Source of the DNA: Klebsormidium nitens
Lineage: Eukaryota > Plantae > Klebsormidiophyceae
Assembly: GCA_000708835.1 (NCBI GenBank)
Contig: DF237439.1
Coordinates: 5,668-69,667, forward strand
Direction of reading: 5' to 3'
DNA length: 64,000 bases
Of this stretch, positions 32,645 to 44,600 are shown piece by piece; position 1 is the first letter of the stretch, and every line of letters begins with the position of its first letter. The position numbers and the translations under genes were made by a program. Below the pieces are notes generated by a model that was given only the letters and a program-made list of their open reading frames with translations, did not search any database and was not told the DNA's origin.

Positions 32645-35600
32645 ATGGACAACAAACTCGTAGGCTACCTTCTGCTAGTCCTGAAAGCGAAAGAGAACTT
32701 GCCCCGGCGCAGCCTCATAGGGCAATTGTGTGCCATTCATGGAAAGGGCCGCCAAACAGTGCTCAAAACGGAGAGCGGAGTGGCGCTGGTTCCATTGACT
32801 GAGGAGTGCGAGCAAGAGGAAAGAAGCGCGGATCAGAATGTAGCAGAGGTGCCCCTGGAGGAACTAGGTGCGGATGGGATTAGTGCCGAGGTGTTGGGGT
32901 CCGCTGCTGGGGGCCTGGCAGAGGGGCATTTGTCCCCCTCTAAAAGAAAGCACCCTGGGAACAAGCAGGGCAGTGCAAAGAAAACGAAATTGGAAGGAGC
33001 GAAGAGTCCTCGATCAGTTGGGGGCGTGGGCAAGAAGAAGAAGGAAGGACAGGCAAAGAGTGGTGAGTTCAGATATAAGTTAGTGTTCTAGCCGTGTGCA
33101 AATCCCTATTCTGAGAGTCTACTCTTGCTCTTTGGTTCCTTTTGGGTTGATTGAAGGGTGCTCAACATCACCATTGCGTCAGCAGACCTTTCAAGATGTT
33201 CCCTGCTGTCTGGGACTCGTGAGCCTTCCGAGTCCTTTGCTCGCTTGCACTGACCTCAGACTCTGAAGTCCTGGGAGTGCTTGTTTGTTTGATCACTTGC
33301 GAATCACATATGCGGTTTCTCCACCCCCCCCCCCCCCNTCGCACGCACCACGACGCCNGCNCGCTCACTCCNCNCNCGTCGNNNNNNNNNNNNNNNNNNN
33401 NACCTCTAGACTCTGAAGTCCTGGGAGTGCTTGTTTGTTTGATCACTTGCGAATCACATATGCCGGTTCCTCCACCCCCCCCCCCCCCCCCCCCCACCTT
33501 TGCCAGGGACAAAACCCCCCCAGAAGGAGGGCCTGCTGCAGCACATCCACTCGCTGGCGGCCAAGGAGCGCCTCCACATCCCCGCCTGCGTGGCCGAGGT
33601 TCTGGACGTTCCCGTCACCAATGGGAGTGTGCCACTTGTCCTCGTCTGCATTGACGTCTACGTCCCTGTTGACATATGGGCGGGCAGGAGAGATTGGCGG
33701 GGTGGAGTTTCGGCCATCGCCGTGCTGAGTCACCTGCGGTGTGATTGGGAGGCACGGGTGCAGGTGCTAGAAGCGATGGAAAGGGTGGTGGAAGGTGGTG
33801 TGAATGCACCCCTGAACGGGGTGGGAACGGGCTCCAAGACTGTGGAACTAGGCGCGGAGACAGAAAAGCATGAGGATAGGGCAAGAGTGAAGGGAAAGTG
33901 GAAAGTAGACAGTTGGAGTGAACTAGAGTCTGTTAGGCCAAACCTGTTGAACAAACCCGCTGGCGCCCTGATTATCAGAGAACCAGGCACTAACCCTGAG
34001 CCTAACCCTGCGCCAACCCAACCCGACCCAACCCTGGCAGACGCCCCTTCGCTCACTGAGGCTCTCTGCGGAGACTCCCTCTCTCTAGAAGGGGTACAGG
34101 AACTTGTCGGAGCGTGCCAATCCTTGGGTTGCCAGTTGCACCCATCCCCCCCCCGAGACGAAGAAAAGCGCGGTCGCTTCCAAGACGAGAAACGGGCGCG
34201 CTTCAACCTTCCTACCCTCTTCCGCTCCCTCCCAAGCCACTTGGACGAACTAGAGGGGCTCCTCAGCAGGACGACCACTTACATGCTGCCAGGTGGCGCG
34301 CCGGCAGGCACCGGGATGTGCGACCTGCCTGATGAGGTGCTCATTCTCATCATGGAGAAACTAGGGGCGGCGGAGCTGCAGCGGATGGAGGCGGTGTGCC
34401 GCCACACGCGCGCGCTGGGGGCTGCGCTGTTCCCTAGCATTACGCTGCCGCTGTTTCAGCACCAAAGAGCGGCGGTGAGTTGTTTTCCTGGTCTCACACG
34501 AAATCACAGCTTGCCATTATGATGGTTATGTTTGAACGTCGGGTTTGTTCACAAAGAGCGAGTATGGTAAGAGCAAGATGTGATGGGCTGCCGAATCTTG
34601 TTTCAAGTGGGTCCTTGTGTCTAACAAGAGCAAAGGTTGGAGATCGAGAAAAGTTGAGCATGCTAGTATCAAAGTCTGTTGCCAAGGCCCTTGTGACTTG
34701 AGCTGGTTGCACTCCTGTCGTTGTCACCAGCATGCCTTACTTCTGTTTGCTTTCCGGCGGTGCAGAGCTTCGAAATTCTGCCAGCCGCATGCATCTATCT
34801 TGGAGCAAGCTCAGTCATTTGGGTGCGCCTCTGCCTAGAGCTCATTCCAAAGTCCCTCAGAACGGACCTGTCATGGTCTGGTTTCATTCCAATTTCAACG
34901 CACTTCCTACGTGTTCTCCCCAGGCTCGTTGGATGATTGCAAGGGAGCGCAGCCCCAGTACTTTCTCCAACCCCCTCTTCCGGTGCCTCACCTCAGAGGA
35001 CGGCTTTGCACTGTGGGTTAACCTGGTAACCGGAGAGGTTTCGGCAGAGGACCCTCCCCCGGTTTTGGACGGCAAGGGGGGACTGATCTGCGACGAGCCG
35101 GGAATGGGAAAGACTGCCACGTCACTGGCCGTCATCATGAAGACACGTGGGGTCAGGTGAGCAAAGCCGGGCTCGTCTCTGCTTGGCTGAGCTTTTGAAG
35201 TGCTTCCAGGCGCTCTGGGACGGTTCTTGAATTTCTATCTCAGCAGGTGACCTGCAGCTTGAAAATCACTTAAGCGTGGCGCAACGTGTAGGAAAGATGT
35301 AAAAGAAGGTGAAAGAAAGTGAGAGAAAGAGGGCATATTTCTAAGATTCCTGAAATACCTGAAATAAGCGGTTCGTCTCTAAACCTGTGGTACGACGCGG
35401 ATCGAGACTTGAAAAAACTGGACGGAATAACCGCAGACCCGCTTTTCTCTGCCTTCCAGATCGGGAGGTCTATCCCCACGTTTCTGACCCCAGAAGCTCT
35501 AGCCAGATAGAGAACTCAAAGCTGACTCACCCTTGTACAGTCGGCCTTCTTTGAAGACCCAGGTAAATAGCGAACCCAGAGTCTGGCTCAAACCCCAAAC

Positions 35601-38600
35601 CTGCTTCGAAATAACGGTTCTGTTACTCAGGAAAAACGGCCCACCAGAGCAGCAGAATCAAATTTGCAAGTCACCATTTTCATCAGGTCGTGTATTGCAT
35701 CTTCATACTCGTAGATTCCGGCTCCTTTCAACATCCTAAACCAACTTCAGTGTGCCTCTGCACAAACAGATCGGCTCTTCCGGCAGAGTCGTTGCCCCAC
35801 CGGAGCACCTTACACGGTTCTGCAGCTAAGGGCTTGGCGGATGGCCAGTCCAGACTTTTGTCCCTATAGCTCCAGAACTCAGACATGACCTCTGTTTTAA
35901 AAGATGGTTCTGTCGCTTCCTGTGCAGGGCTGTCGGACCGTCAGAATACCCCAAGTGGTTCTGCAAGTTCGAGGGCATGGCAGACGGCCAGGCGGGTTAC
36001 TACGTCCTCCCTGGAAACGCGCTTGTCCGCCACTCGGGTTCGGCCAACCGCAGCTCTAGGAGCCGTCAGTCCGTGAAGCTTGCACCGGAGACGCCCAATG
36101 CCGAGCTGCCACGTGGCAGGCTCATGTCGGACTTGAAGGCCGCCAGCGAGCCGGTCATGGGGAAGAAGGAACGAGAGGAGCGGTCGGGTTTGGAAGGGGT
36201 TCGGCGGGCGTTGTTTTCTGAGGGGAAAGGCGGGGAAAGAAGGGAGAAGAAGACCGACGGGGCCGTCGACTTTGAAGAGGTTGGGCGGATGGGGTTGGAA
36301 GCGGAGGTTGTGGGAAGTTTTGGACCGGGCTCGGAACCTCGAAAGCGGGGCAAGGATGTGACCAAGTTTCCCTCGATCTCTGGCGACGCGGTTCAGTCTG
36401 GTAGGGGGTTTGGTGCGCCTGCTGGTTCCTACCCCCTGAAAGAGGAGCCGTGCACCCCCCCTCGAATCGCGAAGGAAGCAATTGAGGCGGAGACGAGCGC
36501 AACAAAGAGGAGGCGAACGGAGTGTGCCGGACGGGACGAAGCCGGCGAACGGGTCCGGACGCCTGAAGGGTTGGTTCAAGAGCGGGTTGAGCAGCGGAAA
36601 ACGAAGGGTTTGGGTTCCAATGGGGTGGACGAAGGGTTCAAAAGCGTTCGGTTTTTGGACGACCTGGATCAAGCTGGGGAGGAGGCGTGGCGGTGGGATG
36701 ACGTGGACGAGGGATGTAATCGTATTCGTTCGATGAGTGAGTTTAACGATGGCTCGAATGCGGAGGGGGGGGAGGAGTGGCGATCGGACGGGGTTGACCA
36801 GGGTTTCAAGGCGGTGCGCTCTCTTTCGGCGGTGGTTAGCAGCGGGGTTAGGAAGGGTAACGTCAAACATCAAAGGGGGGAGAGCAATCCGACTGAGGCA
36901 AAGAGGTCAGGCAAAGAAAGGGCGCAGTGCAAAGAAGAGAGTGGTCAAAACGGTGGGTCGACGGCGGAGATCGTTTTTGGCGAAGAGCCCGGAATGTCAG
37001 GCCAGTGTTTTGGGGGGGCGAAGTCGGAAAAGGCTCGAGCGAAGCAAACAAAGCGAACAAAGCTCCGAGAGCTTGCCGAGGTGCTGCGGCGAATGGAGTC
37101 CCTGGAGGAACGGAGGCGCCAGTTTGCGCGAAGTGGCCTGAGCAACGGGGGTCAGGGTTGCGGAACAGACCCGGAATCTACCGAGCGGGGCACGGAAGCG
37201 AGTTCCGAAGGCGGAAGCGGCCTCCAGCAACGTGAAGGCGGGCTGTCGGGGAATCACGCTGAGCGTGGGATCGATCCGGACAGCTGTCGGAGCTTTGGAC
37301 GCTTTTTGGACGGTTCGGTCGGCCACGAATGGAGCGTTGGGTGCGGGACTGCGGAGGCGGACACGGAGCGCTCCTCCCGTCTAAACGGCGGCTTCAACTC
37401 TCACGATGTTGGCGGAAAGGGTAATTCGTTCCCTGGTCTCGGGCAATCGGAGCGAGCGCTTGACGAGTTGCCAATAGACCTGCGTACTCCGGAGCGTCCC
37501 AACAACGCCCCCGAGTGTAGCCCGTCCCCTTTCGGGGGCCCAGAAGAAGAAGCGGTTTGGCAGCCTCGCACGCACACAGCCCCTAAAAGATTCAAGAAAG
37601 GGGCATCGCTGCTCGACTCTGCAGAAAGAGAAGGCGGAAGAAAGCCTCGTCACAGGCGGAGCATTCTTTCGGATATTTCGGACGGTGAGTGGGGCGGTTC
37701 GGATGCTGACCAGGGGCGTGCGGACGGTGACACGGGGAATTTGGACGTTGCTCGGAAGAGCTTGGACCGTGGTCGCGACGATCCGGACGCCGCTTGGGGT
37801 CGTTCGGACATCGCTCGACAGAGCTCGGAGGGTAGGCAAGAAGATCTGCACGCTCCTGAAAAGAGTTCGGACACTGCTCGGGGGTGGTTGGACGTGGCTC
37901 AGGGAGGTTTGGACACAGCCCGGGGGTCTTCGGACACTGCTCGAGGGAGTTTGGAAGCCGCTCGAGGGGGTTTGGACGCCGCTCGTGGGAGTTTGGACGC
38001 TGTTCCCAGGCGTTCGGACCCTTCCCCCGGACGTTCGGAGGTTGCCGCGGGGCGTTCGGACGCTGGCGCGGGGCGGTCGGATATCAAAGCAGAGCGTTTG
38101 GACGAAGGCGCGGCTTGTTCGGACGCTTTTGGAAATGGTGCGGACGATGATGGGAAGGAAACGGACGCGGAGAGTGAGGGGCAGCTAGAGAGCGAGTGGG
38201 TGGAGTGTGAGGCATGCCACAAATGGCGGCGGCTGCCCCCTGGGTGCCCTCGTCCCCCTGAGGACAGCCCCTGGTTTTGCAGCATGAACAAGGACCCGCT
38301 GCGACAGGTAAGCGGATGTTCTCTGGTTTCAGAGGCTTTGAGGCAGAGCCCCACGGGGAATCTAGAGGCAAACATGGAAAGCTATCTCTAATATTCGTTG
38401 TCTTGCTTCAAGGTTGATGTGTAAGCGATTAGCAGAAGGAACCCGCAGAAACGTGCGAAAACGTCTGAGGTGCACAGCTCAAAGGACGGGAGTGTCAGGA
38501 TTCTCAAAAACGGACAACAAACCACCGTGCAACCATACTGGACTTTTTCTGCGATTCAGAATCATTCTTGAGAACTGCGAGTTGCAAAGGGGAGGACCTT

Positions 38601-41600
38601 CGGTAACATGACTTGCTTAGGTTCTCGCTTACTAGACACCTCATATACTTGCAGGACTGTAGCGCCCCGTCAGAGGACGTCGTGGAAAACGAGTGGTCGT
38701 CCTCGCACCCCGGTTTTGTCGCGCCGGGGGATCCCCCCGGGTCTGCCGAGAACGTGGCGTACTTCCTCGAAAGCCTGCGCTCGCAGCTGTCGGCCCTCCA
38801 GGTGAGGAGACGGGGTTCTTGCTGACGTCAAAAGGACGTCAGCGGTTGCTTCTTGCAGCGTTCGTTATGGTGCTTGTTCAGAGCCCGTGCTATCTGCCAT
38901 CTGAGTGAAGGGGACTCTTGAGGTTGGGGCACCTCGAGATGACGTCGGCAGACGAGGCCCTGATGTGGCCGCATGAGTGCGTCATACTTCGTCGGATCGT
39001 AATCGTTTGCTATGTTGTTACTGGAATCCTTTGAGGCGGTTGTTTGCTTAATTAGATGTGTAGATGCCAGCCCTTGAAGGTGAAGCTGGCGAGGTAAAAA
39101 TGTGGGAAAAAGTGTTTTGCGGATCTTCATTGGTTGCTAGTGTCACTACTGGGAGTCTTTGAGGCGGTTGCTTGCTTCATTAACTGTAAATGTAAATGGA
39201 AATGACCCCTGAAAAATGTTGGCGAGATCATTAATCATGCTTTTCTCTGAGAGGAGTCACTAATCGTGGCGGCCGTTGAACTGAACAGTCCTGGACACTG
39301 GCCCCAGGTCAGTGACCTTAGCTTCCAAGTTCGATGCTGCTCAGTCCAATTATTTCTCAGAGGCGAATACGGTGGCTGGCCACCTCAATCCCGACAGACT
39401 TCCAGAAACTTTCACAAGCTCCTAACCCATCTCAACTGAAATGAATTGCGATCAACCAGCTCAAGCCTGACAGTCTGACACCCTTGACAACAGTGTTTGC
39501 TTTTTCCTGCCACAGAACTCTTGGGGTGCCGCTACTGGCTGGCTGATCTACTTCAAATGAAACCACCACTCTAGCCGTAATACCGTGACACTTCTCAGCG
39601 ACAGGAATAGCTTCGTCTTGTGGCGCGCAACGCAGTGACTGGCTGTCTTATTTCAATTGACGTCTTTTGTACGTCGATTACTCTGAGATTGAAGCCTGAC
39701 ACCATTCATGACAAGATTTGCTTCTTTTTGTGACAGAACTCCTGGCGAGCAGCACAGTGGCTGGCCGACCTCAAATCGGAGGACCTGGAGAAACTCGCTG
39801 CGCCTACCGGTGTCATGGTTCCTTACTACCGCCGTGACGCCAACGACCGGTACATGGCAGTCTACCGTGCTCTGGGGCTGGAGCAATGTCTCCGGAGGGA
39901 TCCCTTTCCGGCGGAATGGGCTTGGGCGGAAGTCGAGGGGGAGAGCCCGAAACGGAAGCGGTGGGAAGATGTGCAGCGGAAGAAGGCGGAGGCGGAGAGG
40001 GCACGGTCCCATTTGTGGCGGTATCCTAGGTAAGGGCTTGCTTCTTTTCTAGATACTTGGCCGTGTTCTCACCTGCGGGGTTCTCTGCTTCCGGGCCCGA
40101 TCAGGACCCAGTTCCTTTGATGTGTGAATATCCTCAGGGACGCTTTAGCTTGAGTGGTTGTTACAGGTGCATCCTTTGGTGGTCATCTGGAAACGAGGGC
40201 CTTTCCCATATTTAGTCAGTTTAACTTCCGCTTGCCTGGCTTTCCAGCTGCATTTCATACGATGCAAACGTGGAAGACCCAACCCGCCTGGCAGAGGACT
40301 TATCCAATTTCACTATGCTGGTTACGCTCATGAACAGGCCGCCAAGAGGTTGTAGCCTACATGCCCCTGAGCTTTGGATTGATTCTATATTTAGCGGTTG
40401 AAACGAACAGAGCAATAAGAGTCCCTGCAGGCATATCCGGTCTGGCTGGACCTTTGACACCGCTGCGCTGAAAGCGGCGCTCGCCACCCCTGTCGAAGAC
40501 GCCAGGCGCATCTACTTGTCCAAGGCCACTCTTGTGGTCGTCCCCAGCAACCTAATCCAGCATTGGCTGTCGCAAGTGAGTATTGCGCGACCATTTTTCG
40601 GATTGTGTTGTTTGTTCCTGCTCGTCTGGGGAGCACGGGTTGACCACAAGAATATCAAGTTGTGCTGTGTTTAGTTTTTATGTTGAAAGCCTTTTTTTCA
40701 GGACTTCGGGAAGGGCCGGCTGCGGGTGTACCTCCTTGAGAGACGACGAAAGGATTCTTGTTGGAATGGTCCAAGCACTTTGCTTTGGGACTGACTTTTT
40801 CTTTTTAGTGATCTTGAAACTCTGGGCCAGAAAATCATTGGGGTATACCGGCCAACGCAGCACACGTGTTGCCCGTTTCTCCCGTCAGGCATTCGAAGCA
40901 ATCTCAGATGCTCAGAGTTGGTGCTCTCATAGAATTTTTGATCAACAATATAATCTGGTGTACGATGTGCCATTTACCATATGACGGCAGCTTAAGGTTT
41001 CCAGGCCCTAATATCACTTGACGTCTTGAAAACATGCGCCATCGTGAAAAGCTGATACGTCACTCCCTCTCGTTTTTACAATCGAACGACATATTACTCT
41101 TAAGTGCTAGGCGTTTTTGCAGCGCTGAAACTCTTCCTCTCACTTCTTTGTCAGATCCGGAAGCACCTCCCTCCCGGCCAGCTCAAGGTCCACGTGTGGG
41201 ACGGAAACGAGGCCACGTCACCCTCCGCCCACAAGCTGGCCTGGGAGTATGACGTCGTGCTGACGACATTCAGCCGGCTGAGCGTCGAGTGGGCCAACAA
41301 GGTTGACAGCACGCTCATGCACGTGCACTGGCTGAGACTCATTCTGGACGAAGGGCACACGCTCGGTGAGGGCGCTTATCCCTTCCAATGCATTTTGTTT
41401 CGCTCCTTTCTTTTATTTGTATCGGGAAGGTCCATCGCTCTAGCGTCCACGTCTTTGATCACTTTCATGCGCATCTTATGTGTAGTGGCACTTGCTGATG
41501 CTCATCCTGGACTTTAAAAACACATGCTCGGTGGGGGTTGTCAATTTTGTTTGTGATTTTGCCTCGTTCGTTCTCCTGTGCTGATTCCAACAGGCTTTCT

Positions 41601-44600
41601 CTGTTCGCCTCCGTCGTTCAAGCCATTGTATAGTTCAGGTTCTGTTCGATGCATGTGTCTGTGTGTTGACTTATCTTGTATAAGTAGACGCTTGGCGAAT
41701 TCGTCGCCGTTCCGAGGTCTGAAAGAACAATTTCCATTCTGCGAGGTTGGTCAGGTGTCTCCTGGATGATCTTCTATCCTGATCTGGTGTGCGTTCCTTT
41801 CTGCGCGCCCGTTTTTTCCTTGCTATTCTCGCATGCAGCCAATGTTTCCATTTCAAAGGAGTTCTGAATTTCTTCCCTCTGGTTCGCAATCTGTCGCTCT
41901 TTCTCGTCATCAAGACCAAGTGCGCTGAAGAATAAAGCAGAGAACGAGCGAAAAGGTGCGGACTCACGATCCACGAAAGCTGACTTTCTCGTGGCCTTCC
42001 GCCGGTGCAGGTTCCTCGTTCCAGGTGACAAACAAGCTGCAAATGACCATTGCGCTGCGGGCGGACATGCGCTGGGTGCTGACCGGAACACCGACGCCCA
42101 ACACACCCAACAGCCAGGTGCGCTGTTTGCGAGAATAGCATGCACAACTACTCTGATGTCATAGTCGTTCATTGAACACACGGCTGAGCAGTCTGTGACC
42201 CCTCTTGAGCCTCCGCTGAACAACGCGCAACGCGATGTTGCGAGGTCTCTGCTCATTGGAGTCATAGCTTCCACTTCCTCAAGGTTGTGGCTTATTGACG
42301 CCATGTGGTTAACACATGAGCAATCCCGAGGGGAACCAATCCGAGGCTTGCAGGAATTACTCCATTTACCAAGATCGAGTGGTGTGAAACCTCTTCTTTG
42401 AACGTTTTGGCGAAGCCTTCAATGCGCATTCCTTCTTGGCTGCGCATCTAATGGCTTGCATCCCTGGGACACTCTCAGCCTGCTCCGAAACCATTGTGCC
42501 CCAGCTGGAAGATGCTGTACCTTCTTCCCGTGAACTCTTTTTATAGAAGTAAAACCTTCTCCTGGTTGTCAGCCCGCTCTAAAAGTCCTTGCATGCAGTG
42601 GCGATCAGCAGTTGTTTAATGAAGTACTTCATCCTCTCTGCGGTCAAATCGACCCCAATGTTGCCACATGACCGCGGACTAGAATCCGCTTCTGGAGTCG
42701 CTTTCAAAGAGGTGCCGTGTTCCAAAGCACCAAGTGAAACTGTTAGCTGCCGACGAAGCACAAACAACAGCAATTTCGTCTTGTTTCCAAAAGTAGAAAG
42801 TCTCGAAGTCAAAGCTAGCCATTTAGCTCTTTATAGCTACTTGCCACCTCGCTTTAGTGTGAACGCTCTCCGCTTCGCGATTCTGAATGTTCTCCAGAAC
42901 CTGAAGCCGTCGGATGCCTTCGGAGCCTCGATCGTACCGTCCAAGGTCCAGACTCGTGCTCCGAGCATTTCCATTACACAGCGCTGGAAACTCCTTCGCA
43001 TATTGCCCACTCACACCGTTGCTCAGGATCTTTGCACGTAGCATTACGGCGTGCAGCGAAAGCAAGATCAGGAACCATGCTCCGAGCACTCCCAAGGAAA
43101 ACTGAAACCCAAAGGCTTTGGGAAACTTTTTGCAGGTCGCCCGTTTACACCCCTTGCTCACAAAGAGGGTTGCTACGGCGATCAGCAGAAGGTGTGGGAA
43201 GCCACGACTCAGAAGCAAGAAATCAGGCCTGCTAACCAGACCAGACATGGTTCGCCTAATCCGATCTGACGAAGTTTCCGGGTCGCGCATTTACACCCGT
43301 TGCTCAAGTTTCTGCACGAGGGGTGCTACAACGAGCTGCAGAAGGTGTGAGAAGCCACGACTCAGAAGTAAGAAGTTAGGCCTGCTAACCAGACCAGACA
43401 TGGTTCGCCTAACCCGATCCTACGAATATTTTCAGGTCGCGCATTTACATCCGTTACTCAAGTTTCTGCACGAGGGGTGCTACGGCGAGCAGCAGAAGGT
43501 GTGGGAGGCAGCGATCCAGAAGCCGTTTGAGGCGCAGCGCGAGGAGGGGCGACTGCGGCTGGAGGAGCTGCTGCGGCGCACCATGATTAGCGCGACCAAG
43601 GAGGACATGAGGACCATCCCGGAGTGCCACAGAAAGGTAAGAATTCTCCTTCTTTTGGAAAATGGGTGCCGGTTCCTAAGTTTGATTGACTCAGACTATT
43701 CCATCTAATATCGAGACGAGACTGTAAAATGGTCACGCGAGAGTTGGGCAGAAAGAAAGTCAGAAAGCAAGCACTGCGTCAGCGTGACTGGAAAGACATG
43801 CGGACCATCGCGGAGTGACACCGAAAGGTACGATTGCTGAACCGGCTGAAACATTTTTCAGGGTTTATAGCTTGATGAGGGTCTGGAAATTTTAGAAGCT
43901 AAACAGCTTGAAGCATATGACATGGAGATGCAGAGCGAGCAAGGAGGACATGAGGACCATCCCCGAGTGCCACAAAAGGTGAACAGACCCGTGATACCAG
44001 AAGAATATCTGTATCCAATAAGGCAAAACTCTTTGAATCTTGATAATTTTAATATGAGGGTCGGAGAAAGAGATGCGAGGAATTGATCACCATGACTAGC
44101 GCAACGAAGGAGGACACAAGGACCATCGCAGAGTGCTACAGAAAGGTACAACACTTCAGGATTTGCCAGGTAAAGACCATCGAGAAAAGTTCTGCTTTTC
44201 ATATAAGGCATTTGATGAGATACGAAGTCGCGTTCCTGATATGGGGCTCATCCTGGTCGATCGGTACGGGGCTTCGTTTGGGTCCATGAGCTGTCAATTC
44301 GTTGAGCAAGCTTCATCCTTTGGTGATATTTTTTCTTGGACGCTCGATCTATCTCTTTGAACGAAAGTTCCGACGCCCAGTCTGCCCACGAAAAGACACT
44401 TTCCAACCGCCTCGCCAGAGAACAAAATAAAAAACGCGCAGACAACATCTTTAGAAAGCCTTAAAATATTGAAATTTGTCTTAACCTATTTTCCGTACCC
44501 GCAGTTGGTGATGTTGGAGTTCACTTCCGGCCACGCCAAGTCGTACAACGAGCTCGTCGGCACCGTGAAGCGCAACCTGCTGCTGGCCGACTGGAACGAT

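Noticed and set aside
35941-38375. Long minus-strand ORFs (310 aa, 158 aa and others)
   Set aside because: Antisense shadows of the GC-rich 2.4-kb exon of the F-box/SNF2 gene.
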